Shown here piece after piece: positions 47,701 through 60,100 of a stretch of 64,000 nucleotides of DNA. The stretch covers positions 1 to 64,000 of the forward strand of contig NC_047080.1 in NCBI RefSeq assembly GCF_902459465.1, given 5' to 3'. Each line of letters opens with the position of its first letter. Position 1 is the stretch's first letter. The notes under the pieces are model-generated. The model saw only the letters and a list, made by a program, of their open reading frames with translations. It was not told the origin of the DNA and ran no database searches. The position numbers were made by a program, and so were the translations under genes. The DNA comes from Asterias rubens. Taxonomy: Eukaryota.

Positions 47701-49295
47701 TTAATTGTTGTTACATTGGTCGCCATTCAGGCATATAATGCTAGCTTGTGAGAAACCCTGTACCCACTTTACATCTGTCAAGTTAAATAATAAGCTTTGT
47801 ACTGAGCAAATATCATCTGCTAAAAAATAGTTAATGGCCCAACGTTCCAACCCTAGCAGAGTCTTTCTCAAAGGCAAATGATATGATTTATAACAACAAA
47901 AACAAGAACAGGTAAACTTATATTACGCTTAGTTACCTGTTCATGATTGTCGTGTTGTTATTTAGCATTTGAGAAAGACTCTGCTTGGGTCAAAATTGCA
48001 GGCCATTGATTTTTTTTTTTTTGCATTTATACCATCGGTCCTTTTGGTTGGTAAGTTGTTTGCAACAACCAATTCTATTATTCAAACAATGACAAAAATC
48101 CATATGCAAGTTATCCTGGATAACTTTGAGACTGTGTCTTAAATACTTACATTGCTCAGTATGCCTAATTCTCAGGGTTTGGGATATGACTTGGGCATTT
48201 ACTGCAATACCGATGATAGAACTTTCAGGTGTTTTAACCGACACAGCAAACTCAAAAAGTCCATGATCCTGCAAAGTGGTACACAATCAAATAATACTTA
48301 GATTGTAATCATTCTGAAAAATGTATGACGTCCCCTTCCCTTGCTTAGAATCCTTGCCCCACCCCAACTCTTGCATCCAAAATGAGAATACAAGAATTAA
48401 ATGCATAATGAATGGTTTGATACATTAAATAGCCTTTGAGCTTCTAGACCCAGAAACTGGGGCGCTGTGACTGCTGATCTCCTCCAAAACTAAGTAATCA
48501 AATTAGAATTTTTTGTTAAACACAAGTCCTAATTCATAGGCCTACTCTAAGAGGTTATTCATTGCTGGCGGAGGTGGTTTAGGCCTATAATACCTTTTGA
48601 ATTTAAGTTGAATGTGTTAAATGTGTTATAATTCACAATTAAAGTTGGCTGTCAACAAGTGGAAATTCCTGCATACCTGAAGTAGGCCCTGATTAACTGA
48701 CGCTAAACCCAGAGAAACGATTGGTCAAAAGTTTGACCTAACTTTTTATTGCAGTTTGGCCGCTGTTGCATGGCAACGGAACATCAATGGACATCCTGAT
48801 TGTCTTGTTGTGGGCCACAGCACTGACCACAAATAAAATGTCCAAATGTGTGTTAGCAGTCAAGTGTTGTAGCCACACGGTGGGCAGTGCAGGCGGGCCT
48901 GTCCAGGCCAGAACTAACAAATCTGGCTCAGCACTCTGAGAAAAAACACAATGTGCTGTCTGCCTACCACAGATTTCCCCCAGATTGCGCTTGAGCAATG
49001 ATGGCCCAATACAATCATTAACATTTGGTTGAACTGCTCGCATGTGGACTAGGATTAGCTTGGTGACTAGCTACAACACGACTTTAAACGGATAGTGAGA
49101 GAATAGTGATGGAGCTGTTCACTGCAGCAGGTTAATAAAAGGAAACAATGTACTCACACTTTCATTTGTTGCTGGTGGGGGTGGCTTATAACACATCAAG
49201 CCATCATTATCGACATATTCCCCATTCGTAACAGTCAATAAGAAGACCATTAATGACACCACGCCACCATAATCCTTGCAGGAATGTTGTCCCAT
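32759..49295 (-). CDS. IL-1 receptor-like TIR receptor: signal peptide, Ig-like, EGF (laminin/MEGF-type), 4 Ig domains, TM, TIR (about 809 aa, 14 coding exons)
   Basis: Exons in transcription order: 49295-49158, 48268-48151, 45478-45308, 44830-44702, 43793-43625, 40303-40185, 39800-39504, 39198-39015, 36871-36723, 35878-35719, 34754-34645, 34157-34008, 33513-33370, 33150-32759. All GT-AG with matching phases, total 2430 nt. Signal-like MGQHSCKDYGGVVSLMVFLLTVTNG; EGF CPHGMYGLYCVQQCTCFEGVECHPFTGACICPKGLQGKIC; Ig motifs such as DAGMYRC and NGVYTC; TM VMVVALAAVIILIVVILIIIF; TIR HDIFVAY..CIHYKNFKPG..AVSTSRKTILVLSPDFMESEWCYYEF..FWKPL. The two N-terminal exon joins are the least certain. Confidence 0.85.
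33780..33995 (+). mobile_element. L2/CR1-like LINE 3' fragment; similar fragments at 39900-40130 (-) and 44255-44560 (+)
   Basis: Decayed RT-tail peptides THYGDRAF..APTL..KLP, LWNSMPPDLR and FYAAAPNLWN..SLSDFK..LKTDLF. The plus-strand copies end in TTA-rich tails. Confidence 0.6.
34567..34640. repeat. 21-bp minisatellite (about 3.5 copies) abutting a splice donor
   Basis: AGGGTA recurs at 34571, 34592, 34613 and 34634. The receptor exon-11 donor is at 34644. Confidence 0.9.
35984..36200 (+). mobile_element. tRNA-derived SINE; related copy at 43938-44220
   Basis: GGCATGTCATGG..GTGG.TAA..GCAC head, B-box-like GGGTTGAAGTCCC or GGGTTTGAGACCT, and a shared GTGACACTTGTGTC.TTAAGCAAGACACTT core in both copies. 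Confidence 0.65.
37288..39040. repeat. Tandem array of 23 units (66, 77 or 79 bp), each containing the last about 26 nt of receptor exon 8 plus its 5' splice site
   Basis: GGTGACC anchor counted at 23 positions from 37324 to 39020. The last copy is the genuine exon end (ACTACCAATGCCAAGGTCACCTATGA|GTGAGT on the minus strand). Confidence 0.95.
40971..41344. mobile_element. TTAA-ended MITE (Kolobok-like); another at 52459-52891
   Basis: TTAAAGATACTATGTCAGATTTTTGGCC ... GGCCAAAAATCTGACATAGCATCTTTAA, about 28-bp TIR with one mismatch. Confidence 0.75.
45876..46467. mobile_element. GGGCCCAATTTCATAGAGCTGCTTAAGCA-type MITE containing a nested TTAA-targeting palindromic MITE at 46050-46441; un-nested host copies at 61761-61958 and about 63303-63500
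   Basis: Host TIRs at 45876 and 46467. The inner element has TIR TTAAAGGAACACGTTGCCTTGGATCGG and a central perfect palindrome of 23-bp arms around a 1-nt loop (about 46222-46268). Confidence 0.8.
46839..47580. repeat. 67-bp tandem array (11 units) with a strong internal hairpin
   Basis: Unit GGGACATAATGAGAGGTCCTCTGAATATGTCCTACTCACACCCACCCATCCACACTTCGCCAACCAA, period 67. Confidence 0.95.
47857..47987. mobile_element. Short MITE
   Basis: AGCAGAGTCTTTCTCAAA ... TTTGAGAAAGACTCTGCT inverted termini. Confidence 0.6.
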
Positions 49296-49906
49296 GCCCT
49301 TAAAATTAAAGAAAAAGAATGAAAACAAGAATGTTCATTTTTTTTTACAATTTGCATTTATTCAAGATTTCTGTATGTGGTTTGCATTTGCGAAAAACCC
49401 CATTTCTAACAAACTAGTTAAGATTATCATGATGTTTGTTTGTTTATTTTACTTCTACTTCTTCTACTTCGATTTTGGCATAGTCCTTCAGTCAGGATAT
49501 AAATGCCATGCATCATGTGCAGACGTAAATCAAAATAGGGCCTATATGATAATTGTTAAAAATCAATTAATTATTAACCAACCAATAACTAATAGCGAAA
49601 ACAAGGACAGACGAAGCTCCTCATTGTCATAATACTTGATACTCGATGCTTTATGGATACTTCTAGAAACTAGTATAATAAGGTTCCCCTATGGTGAGCG
49701 GAAGCCTTCTTTCTAGTTTCTAGTAGAAGTCCTTGATGGAGTAATCACTTCACAGCTGGCAAGAGCTAAACTGGGATGATGTGCTGTGCAAGACGCCGTG
49801 ACCGGTGGTGCAATAAAAGTGTAGGACAAGACAAATTGAACATTAAATACACTGTACAGTAACATTGGAGGGAGAAATACATCGCCGAATTCCCCCTATA
49901 CTTTAC

Positions 49907-49985
49907 CAGATCACCGCAGACCGCTGATCTCCTGTCCTGTACGTGGCCCCTCCACCCGATTGTTAAAAACCAGATTAAGATCTCC
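49907..49985 (-). other. Candidate non-coding first exon of the TIR receptor gene
   Basis: GC-richer stretch ending in CTG|GTAAAG (donor at 49906). The ATG-containing exon has its own acceptor (TTTTAAG|GGCATG at 49298), so an upstream exon is required. Confidence 0.35.
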
Positions 49986-51139
49986 AGAGCCTCCGAACCA
50001 GGCCTTGCCCATAAGAGTAGAGCTATCTTCAGTGTGCCACAATGGTATTAATGATATCGTCGTCGAAATGCCCCAATTATAAACTAAAATTCGTCTGACC
50101 TCGAGAAAGCTTGTTCACACACACTGCATTAAATGCATATTAATATTGCCTGTCGCCCGGGGTTGTTCGGAGGAGGAAGTAAACACTTTTTGACAACTTT
50201 ATAACTTCAAAGAACTTATGTACAATGGATTAGTATGGAGAGCCCAATCAATCACAATCATTATTTTTACAAAACTGTTCCCCCTTTGAGGTTGTGTGGA
50301 TGGACAAGGAGGATTCAAAAGAGGGCGCTATCAGAAGAAGTTTGTGGGGCACTAGCACAGGCAGGTTCTTTATGTCTGTGGACACTAGGTCAAAATTCAT
50401 GCGCTAAGCTATAACTATTTTTTTTGTAAACCCACGGTTACTTTTAAATAATGTTTGGGGGTAATACAAGAAATAATATATTGTTTAACTGGGGCCATGT
50501 GTTGGTCCTTTGACTCAGAATCTGGCTGGGAAGTGTCTTAAATAAAACAGTTGTTGAATTATTTTGTGTCTTTTGACTATTTGAAGAAAACATACAAATT
50601 AACACTAAAAAAAAAAAGCCTGGTAAACATTTCGAGGCAAGTATAATGCATTTTTAGAGGGATATGCCCCTCGTTTTAAAGGTTTGCTGTCGAAAATGCA
50701 CTCTGCATAATATTTTCGAGTGGTGCTACGGGTAGCAGTCAGGTTGGCTCCTAGTGGTCCCTCATTTCATTTATGTGCACCCGTTCGCAAGTAAGAGGAC
50801 CACAGCCTTGCATGTGGATTTAGTACAGGGGTCTCCTCCCACGTCTAAAACTTATACTTCTTCTTATTTTGTCTTCTCCAAAAAATTGTTGTGATGTTTT
50901 TATGTAAAGGATGCTGTGCCATCTTTATTATTCAGATTCAGATTATTACCCTTTGGTCCCATTTTAATATCGATGGCGATCAATGATTACCCCACTTTAC
51001 CCAATAATTATTGCTTTTGATTTAAGGCGGCTCTCCATACTACATTACTTCAGAACGTCACAAGGCGGCGCTTTTCAAGCGCATCGCAAAGAAAAGTAAA
51101 AGTAGCAACTTTCCAAGAAATCTCCGAACGTGGACACTC

Positions 51140-54100
51140 ATGTACGTAACTTCGTAAGTAAGGTGGTTAATTTTGTGTAGTATTTTTTTCTAAGAAGTGA
51201 TGTCCCACAGGTTATTGTATGAAATATTTCCCTTTAAGATATCTTAGGAGCCGTTCCATTAGTTTGTTTTGGTTGAAAAAAATAAGGACAACAGAACAGG
51301 CGTTTACATAGTTGCGATAACGTAACCCTCCTCCCGACGGCCGCCAGGAGGAGGGTTACGTTATCGCAACTAGCATTTACATTGCTTGGTCTTCCTACCT
51401 CCATTTTGGTTGGGGAGTTGGATGGCAGGCAATTGATAAAGCAGTTAGCAGAGTACGACTTTCCATGGACTTACAAATGCCCAAAACATGCGGGGGGATA
51501 CATAGAACTAAAATGTTAGTTGAAAAAAGGGGATGGTCGTATTCTTTCACTCAGGTGAGGTTGTGTTGTGTCCAATCTGCCAAAGAAAAATTGGGGAGGT
51601 TGGGCACAAACTTGATCCTGGCGCAATACACCAATCCATTAATTATGCTCGCCTTTCCACGGCACTCGTGTGAGCAAGAACACATGAGCCTCTCCAATGC
51701 CATTATTAATCATCAGCCTCTGCCGAGCACGCAAACTTGATGGACCGATTTAGATTTGCTAAGGCAAATTAAACCCACACACCAGATCCACGCAGATTTC
51801 AAGCCTTGCGCAAATTTTTTTCTGTAAAATCTTTTTCAGGGATTGGCATGCGCATTAAGTTCAAATCACGAATCAAAAGTCATTTCCGCAACTTTATATT
51901 CCACATTAGGGCGAGTAAAAAAAAACATAATTCACGTCCGGGTTTTTCAAAAAAAGGAGGAAGAGGGGCTTTTTATTTTTTATTTCGAGATGGCCACCAT
52001 TCTTTGTTAAAATGTTAAATATCCAGTGCTTTTTCTACTGCTGAAATACACAAAACATAAATGAAACAATTTAGTCGAGGCATTCAGACTAAAATAAAAA
52101 ATAAAATAAAAAAGGAGGCGGCCTGTAAAAAGGAAGTGGGCATGGACGCTAAACATGTTTGTTTTTTTACTTGGCCTTATAGTTTTTCTAAAAGAATCCT
52201 TGAGAATTTAAAATGTTCTGTATCAATTAAGTTTGCGTCCAACAGGGTACTAGTGTTGTGTTCAATCCCTGCTAAAAAATAGATAGTTGGCTGGTAATCT
52301 TACTCTTCTTAGGCTGGTATTGATCATTTTGAATTTTTGTTGTTTTTGGCTACTTTTTGTGCTTTAAAAGTAGTTTGCGATGAGCATATTATTATCCTCC
52401 CAATGGTCAGAAGGATGGACATTACGGTCATTGCAACTAATGCTTAAAAGCAGCTCTATTAAAGGATTCGGCTACTTTTTCAAAATGTCCACAGATTTAC
52501 ATTAAACTTACAGGGTTTGAAGATAATGATAGTGGAAAGCTTCCCTTCAAATATTACTGACTAAGGTTATGTTGTTTTTGAGAAATGAGTAAAACAAGTC
52601 ACAAAATAGTTTTGGTCTCATGAGACCAAAATTATTTTAGCATGCAAAATCCCCTTAACCAGTTATGATATTATACCTAAACCATAACATAGGCCTAACT
52701 GGTTAATACGTTATTACATGCTAAAACTGAGACGAAAATTATTACTTTTACTCATTTCTCAAAAACTGCAGCACCTCAGTAAGTAAAATTTCAAGGGAAG
52801 CTTTCTACTATCATAATTTTAAAACTGTAAAAGTTTAATGTAAATTCTGTGGACATTGTGTTTTTGTTAGGAAAAAGTACATACCCTTTAAACTGAACCA
52901 AAGTCTAGTCAGCGCAACTACTAATCTTATTAATAAAATAAACTATTGAACTACTATTTTATCATTTCAGATATCTTTGGAGGTGGGATGATTTCCTCCT
53001 TGTGTTGTGCAATATCTTCATAATAAGCAAAGTTTTGTTTGTTCCTAACGATGAGAAGAAAAGATGACCATAGGGTAGCCACTGCTGAGATCGTTCAAAC
53101 AGAACCAGCCCCCAAACTCATTCATTTTCCTGTCATCCAAAAAAACATGAAGTCAAACCAATTGTTTAAGAAATTTTATGAGTTTGTATTCTTAGCCTAT
53201 ACATGCCCTGACTCTGGTATATGGTTCTAGTTTGCTACTGAACATAAACTACACTCAAGATTTGGCCGAGAGAACAGACTCTTGCAAAACATTATTGCAA
53301 ATAACTTTGATGTACGAGCAGGACAAGTTTAGATGTTATGATGCTGAGATGTTGTTACTGTTCAGTTTTTCTACTGTTGATAATCTCAGGAAGAGTGTTA
53401 AGCTCAGGCCATACCACAACTACATCAGGTACATAACGGTATTCTCTGCTGCAAAAAATATGCTTGTCTGATGAACTACTTTTATGATATGCAAGTCTAG
53501 TGGGACCCATTTATGAATGCACTTTTCAAGCGGGCGACCAAAGTGGTCCCAAATATTCTAGAAAAATGCATGAAACTTGCACGATCTATTATTACATCAA
53601 CGAAAAAAGAATAAAGCACAATTGTTACATTTTTTGAGAAATAAAATCCTCTTAAAGTTTTGTGGTTGAACACAGAAAAATTAACTAGAGCAGGATTTTA
53701 ACCAACGACATCTGGATTACCTTTGCCAGCATTCTAGAAGAAAGCTATCCAGCCCTAAGTTGGCAGTCTCTCTGTTTGTCAGTATCTTACTAGTCAGAAT
53801 ACTAAGTGTTTCAAGACCTGACCCACCATCCCACCAATGAATTTTCCCCCTTGTTTACCAGCAACAAATTGCATGCAATACTTTGAAGACAATATCTGCT
53901 TCAATGATTTTGGGTAGAGAATAATAATTTCATACTCTCTTACTCTAGCATTCTACCTTTAAAGTTCGCTGGCAGGTCACTAAAAAAAACGGTTGAGCCT
54001 ATTATCTTAACATGTTATTTGTTTGGTATGTTTAAACTTTTGTTTTCTTTGAACACAGGTTATCATTTATCAGTTGGATCGCACAGAGAGAACGATGGTT

Positions 54101-57100
54101 CATTGAATGGAAAATTCTACATAGAGCCAACTCAAATTGTAAGTCTGCTTATAATTCTGCCCCCTCCTTCATTTACTTCAAACAGGGCTGTTCTGTGCCC
54201 ATGGTCTACCAGTGTCAAGAATTACATGTCAATTCTAAAAAGACCTTTTATCTATATTATCTATATGACTAACAAAAGCATACCTTCCCTTATAATCACT
54301 CCATTAGGTATTCCTGTGTGAGATTTCCCCTGATGTTGGCCACAACAGCATGGACACCCGTTCCATTGGGCACGGCTTTAGCTCCATGGGACTGGCACCT
54401 AGTGTGACCCTCAAGAACACCACCTGGATTCGAACCCTTCACTTCCCACTTGACTCATGGGTAAGTATCTTTATTTATAGTTTCAATAGTTAGCAATACA
54501 GTGAAAACAAAACTATCAATAACCCTACCTTTAAAGGTGGTGTATACCTTTGTTATGTGGATTAGTTTAATTGTTTTAATCCTACAGCTGTAAAAAACAT
54601 CTTATTTTTAAACATTTGTCAGGTTTTTGAGATAACGCTCTGCAATTCCGGATGGAGCATCCACGTAGGATGACTAATCCCGTATTGAATACACAATCTG
54701 CAAATTTTAAGAAGGAAAAAGTGATATATCTTTACATAGCCGTAGTACTTTGAAGTGAAACGTTTCTCAAAATGCATTATACTATCCAAAGCTGCTGTAC
54801 TTACCATTATGAGTCATTACCAACTGTATAAAGAACTTTTAAAGAACAGAACAGATATAGATAAATTCAACATGCTCTGATTTTGGGTCTTCCTTGTACT
54901 CTAGAATATCACACTAGGGGTATGGCAGTTTGTTTCATCCAAGGAGGAAATCTTTACAGCGCATAGTGGCTCAGAAGCTTGGACTGCCCAGGTGAGTCTG
55001 GACACCTCAACACAATTCCTACAAACAGCTACATCATTACTGGATCTCACTCAAGGTATTTCATTTCATTTCGCTCACCACTGACCTAAGAATATAAGCA
55101 GCATCCAGCAACAGAGTCCAGCTTTCTCCTGAAGTTGAAGACAATCAGAGCATACTTCCTTGAGTCATTAACCACCGGTTCTTTTTAGATCCAACACCTG
55201 TCAAAAAGAGATGTTCACATGTTGTTAACTGCAACAACTCTTTGTTAAACTTCCACCATACAAAGTTTGTAATCCTACTTAATGATATTAATATTAGACT
55301 CTTATAGTGCACAGATCCGCCAATCAATGAGGTGCTCAATGCATTTGAACAAAGATAAACAGTTAAGGAATGGAATGTTAAAACATGACTTTGTCCTTTA
55401 GCGCATTGACACGACCCACCAGGTTTTAAACAGCATTTCAAGACTCTTGTATCTTCTCTGTTAAAAAAAATCTTATACATCACAGAAAACACTGACTTTT
55501 GTTTTTGCTCACCAGTGTCCATTGTGAACACTAAGCTTGGAGATCCTATGGTAGCCGCAGGAGAAGTTGCCCAGCCCAGTCTGTTACTTGACAGTGCAGC
55601 TTCTCTACACTTGGCAACAGCACCATGCTCGCCTGATATTGCAGTTCTTGGACTTGTGTATAACACAACATTAGAGGCACAGGGTATAGTATGAACTTCC
55701 TTGTTCTTTAAGTTATCAGAGAGTTATGGGGGGCCTTTATCAGCAAGTTCTGAGTAAAGGCAACATTGTGGTGCAATGGGTAGACAGCAGGACTTGCACT
55801 CATGAGGTTATGGGTTTGAATCCCACCAAGCTACAACTGATTTCACAATGACTAAAAATCAGTATGTTTTGTTTTCAGTTCACACCCTCCCCCAATTTGG
55901 ACCCTGTTAAACTAAACACTGGTATAGCGCCCTCTAATTTTCTTGTTTGTACATTCTCAGATGTTATTGTGTTTCTTGATTATTGATATGTTTTTTCCCT
56001 TCCTTTGTATCAAGGCATTGTGATTGGGGTAACACTAAAAAGCTTTGAAATGGACGAGAACTCGACGCATTGGTACAATGTGACAGCTCAACTCTGCCAA
56101 TTGATATCTTTGAGTGGTAAGAGGTGCTTTTTGGGTGTTTTCAGAAGCATAGGTCAGGCTTCAGTAACAACGGCAGAGCTAGGGCTTTTTAGTGGGGGAG
56201 TGTCTAGCTTTTTATTTTGGGAGGGGGCACGCTGAAGTGGGGGGGTTCTACTTTTACACTATAAGGATCCCATGTGAGCTATGTATGAATTCTTACATTT
56301 TGGGACTTGGTATCGCTATAAGTTTGAACATTTTTGGTGGGCATGTGCCACCCCCCCTTGAAAACGGGAGATTGAGAACCCAATCCACATACATGTAGTG
56401 CCCCCAATGGGGGTTTGAACCAGGGCCCTACGAGATGGAAGGTGAGGAAAGATGCCACTACACCAACCTGACGGCCATAAATGGCTCAGGATCCATGTTC
56501 TCTTTTATAATTTATTGTCTAATTTTTTTCTTTAAGATTGTGGAGAGGTAACCTTAATTGACCTGGTGCTGACGGCTGATCCATCCTTGCTTCTACTGAC
56601 GACACACGGTCTGTTCCTTGGTCAACTCCCAAATGACGACTTATCGGATGATTCAACCTCATCAATTGAAACATTCGCCCAGGGACAGGTAAGTTGACTC
56701 CAAGATTTATGATTTGTTTTATCATTGTCTTCTTTTTAAGTACGATTGGTCAAAGTGCAGAGTCAGAAGCCTATAGGATTTGTGTGTGAGTGGCCAGCCT
56801 TTGACGGTAATTGTGCTTTTGTACTGCGGTTTTCAGGGATTTTCTTCTTTTTGGGGGGGGGGGGGGGGGGGGGGGTCAGGGGAGGGTTGCTGGAGGCTGG
56901 TCAATTCCTGCAAGGAGTTTCAGATCTTAAGAATTAAAGCTTGCTATCTGCAAGACACGTGAAATATTTTGACATTTTTTTTAAAAAACTCTTTCTTCTT
57001 AATTTTGGTATTTTCCTTAACACAGCGGAAGTTAAAATTTATGAGGAGCTTGGTCGTAGATTATGCAACATTTTTATTGGTCCAGGTATATTATATTATA

Positions 57101-60100
57101 TTATATGCAAACTTTGGTTTTTTTGGCACAGGTTTCTTGGAGTGAGATTGATTTGGACAACTCGATCTCATATTCCTCATTCCATCTTGTCCATACGCCA
57201 GTTTGCCATGATAGCTACTACAAATCATCAACTGACCAAGGTGAGTGGTGCTTCTTTTTTCATTTTTACTTCAAAGGATTTGAAACTGCATGGTGAAATT
57301 ATTGCGGTTGAGTAGTTTTGGTTCTGAAGACCCCTGGTTGATAACTCAACATTTAGATCAGTATGCTCTGTTCATCTAACTGTTAAAAACTCAAACATAT
57401 ATCTGTACCCTCCCTTCCAACCCACACAAGGGGGAGGGGAGGCGAGGAGGGAGGGGGGATTGGGAACACTGACTGGGGTTATCAACCCAACCAGCATCCA
57501 ACTCGGGATTTAGAGATGCTTCTGAGGGACATACAGTCCCCCAGCCCTCCCTCCAAAAAAGACTGTCATTTTTATGCAAGTAATATTTCAAAAATTGTGA
57601 ATCACAAATCTTCAATTAATGATGTGAATCAGCACTTCTGTAAGTTACACTTGGTTGTTTTAAGGGGATGGGACATGTACAGGATTTGAGGCAATGCATG
57701 GTGAGGTATCAATGTATCTTTAGGTGGTTTGTGGTAGCACTATGTGTTTGTAGGATTTGAAACTTTGCATGGTGGAAATAAGATATAGAAGAGTTTGCGG
57801 TAACACCATGTTATAGCTATCTCTAAATGAGTTGGGGGTGGTTCTGAAAAGAACCGTTGGATTAACTCGACATTTCGATCAGTATGCTCTGATCATCTTC
57901 TGGAGAACTATGTGTTTTATAGCAAGATCTCAAATGAACATAATCTACCCAGCAAGTATTATAGCAAGATCTCAAATGAACATAATCTACCCAGCAAGTA
58001 TTATAGCAAGATCTCAAATGAGCATAATCTACCCAGCAAGTAGATATTTATAAGGTGTTACCACAAACTGTTCTTTTGTACATCATTATTTGGGGGGAAG
58101 AATACACTTGAGGCAATCTCTCGCAACTTCAAAGCAAAACTTTTTTTAACAAACTAACCTGTAAAAATGTATTTATGATAAATAACTTAATCAGAGACTC
58201 AAGTTCTTTTTACGTTTTTTTCCAGAGGCATATGTAATAATGATAGGAAATGAGAGCAGTGAGAAGGTAAGAAGGTATAAGCTCACAATGAAATCTTGTT
58301 TTATATGTTAGAATCACTTTTGATAAGTTTATGGGGCAAATGTTTGTTGAAGCCTGTATAGGTCCACTTTAAATTGATGTACAGGGCCACTATGGTCATG
58401 TTGATGCAAATATTTAATTGACTGTTCTTGATTTTTATGAATTGCTTATTTAATTTTAGGAGATCTTTCTGAGTTCTTCACCTTACTCTAACTGGACGAT
58501 CTCACCACCAAGCAGTATCTTGAGCCAATCTCAGAATCTTCTTTATGACCACCATACTGATAGCTTTGTTGCGCTACACCAAAATAAGGTACAATATAGT
58601 AAGGCAACAACCTTGTGGTTTAAAGGGACTTACACGCAGTGCCTTTAAGCAGCGTTCTCCCTTGATGCCTTTTACAGTGTTCTGCTGACCAAACACCAGG
58701 CAAAACTCAGTCCTAATTTGCTTCTCTTTTTGTTTCTCTATTAGCCTGTCATTGGTCTGGTTTTATTTTTGTTCTAGTGTTGCCCTCCCTTTGTTAATGT
58801 TAGGCGCTCTATTCTTTGTATAGCGCGTTATAAATGATTTGTATTATTATTATTTATTATTAGTCCCAAGTTATCCGGCTGGCTAGTTCATTAATTTGAC
58901 TGAAATGAATTGAAGATTCTCCCTTGATGCCCTTAACAGTGTTCCGCTGACCAAACACTAGTAAATACACCTGAGGACCAGTCAAAACTCAGTGCCAAGT
59001 TATCGGGCTGGCTAGTTCATTAATTTGACTGAACCGAATTGAAGATTCTCCCTTGATGCCCTTAACAGTGTTCCGCTGACCAAACACTAGTGAGAACACC
59101 TGAGGACCAGTCAAAACTCAGTCCCAAGTTATCCGGCTGGCTAGTTCATTAATTTGACTGAAACGAATTGAAGATAACCATGCAGAACCAAAACAGGAAT
59201 GTATTGTTGAGCTACCTCATTATACAAGGAAGTATACTCATAACTTTGTATAATGATTGGCATTGATGTTAAACTCTCCATGTCGGACTATGGTAATTTT
59301 CATCCGCAATCTGTCACCAATCATTGCTGAGAAAAGTGAATGGTCATCTTCGGGCCTTGGCTTTACTTTCCCTACTCCCTCTGGGAGATGTACCTATTTA
59401 TGAAGCTGCTAAATGACTGTGTACTTTGATAATGTCATTACAGTATTAATCCCAAGGACACTGTAGGTTAGTGAGTTGATTATACTTCCTCCCAGTGATA
59501 GTAAAAAACGGCTGATCAAAAGTTTAAAAAAAAAAGCCATTTGAGTGTCTTAAAATACTAAAATCTGCAGTTTTATATTTGAAGGTATGATCATTGAATG
59601 AATCCATACTTGTTTAGAATAATGACAGCGTGTTCCAACCTCATCTTTGGCTGCAGCATCCATCAACGCACACCAACCTTCAGAAATCTGAGAAACTATC
59701 ATGAATAGTTTATAAGATTCAAAAGTTTTTTTTTTTTTTTTTTTGGGGGGGGGGGGGGTGAAGAAGTATTTAAACCATATAACTTTGAAGGGAATCTTTT
59801 TCCAAAACAGATTATACTATCAACAGCTGCAGTGATTCTCACCATTTAGTTTTTTTTTTATGTTCATTTATTTTTTTTAGTCATTACGAAACCCTTAAGG
59901 AATTATGCTTCACTGTTTGTAAGTGTGATATTTTAAAGATTAAACCTAAAATGAACTGACCTTAACCTATTGCTCCATTCTTATCTTAGTACCTCCCTGA
60001 CCAGGGTGATTATGTTGTTAAGGTTTTTAATTCGGGGCATTTTTTGAAGCCGATGCAAGATCCTGGATTATTTTTACTGCTGGATGTTCTCAGCTATTAC

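Noticed and set aside
52971-53075. Alternative CatSper-beta signal-peptide exon (FLLVLCNIFIISK)
   Set aside because: No convincing phase-1 donor before the stop; the 53322-53428 exon fits better.
54340-54460. SINE-like GGATTCGAACCC motif
   Set aside because: It lies within an in-frame CatSper-beta exon with valid splice sites and homology.
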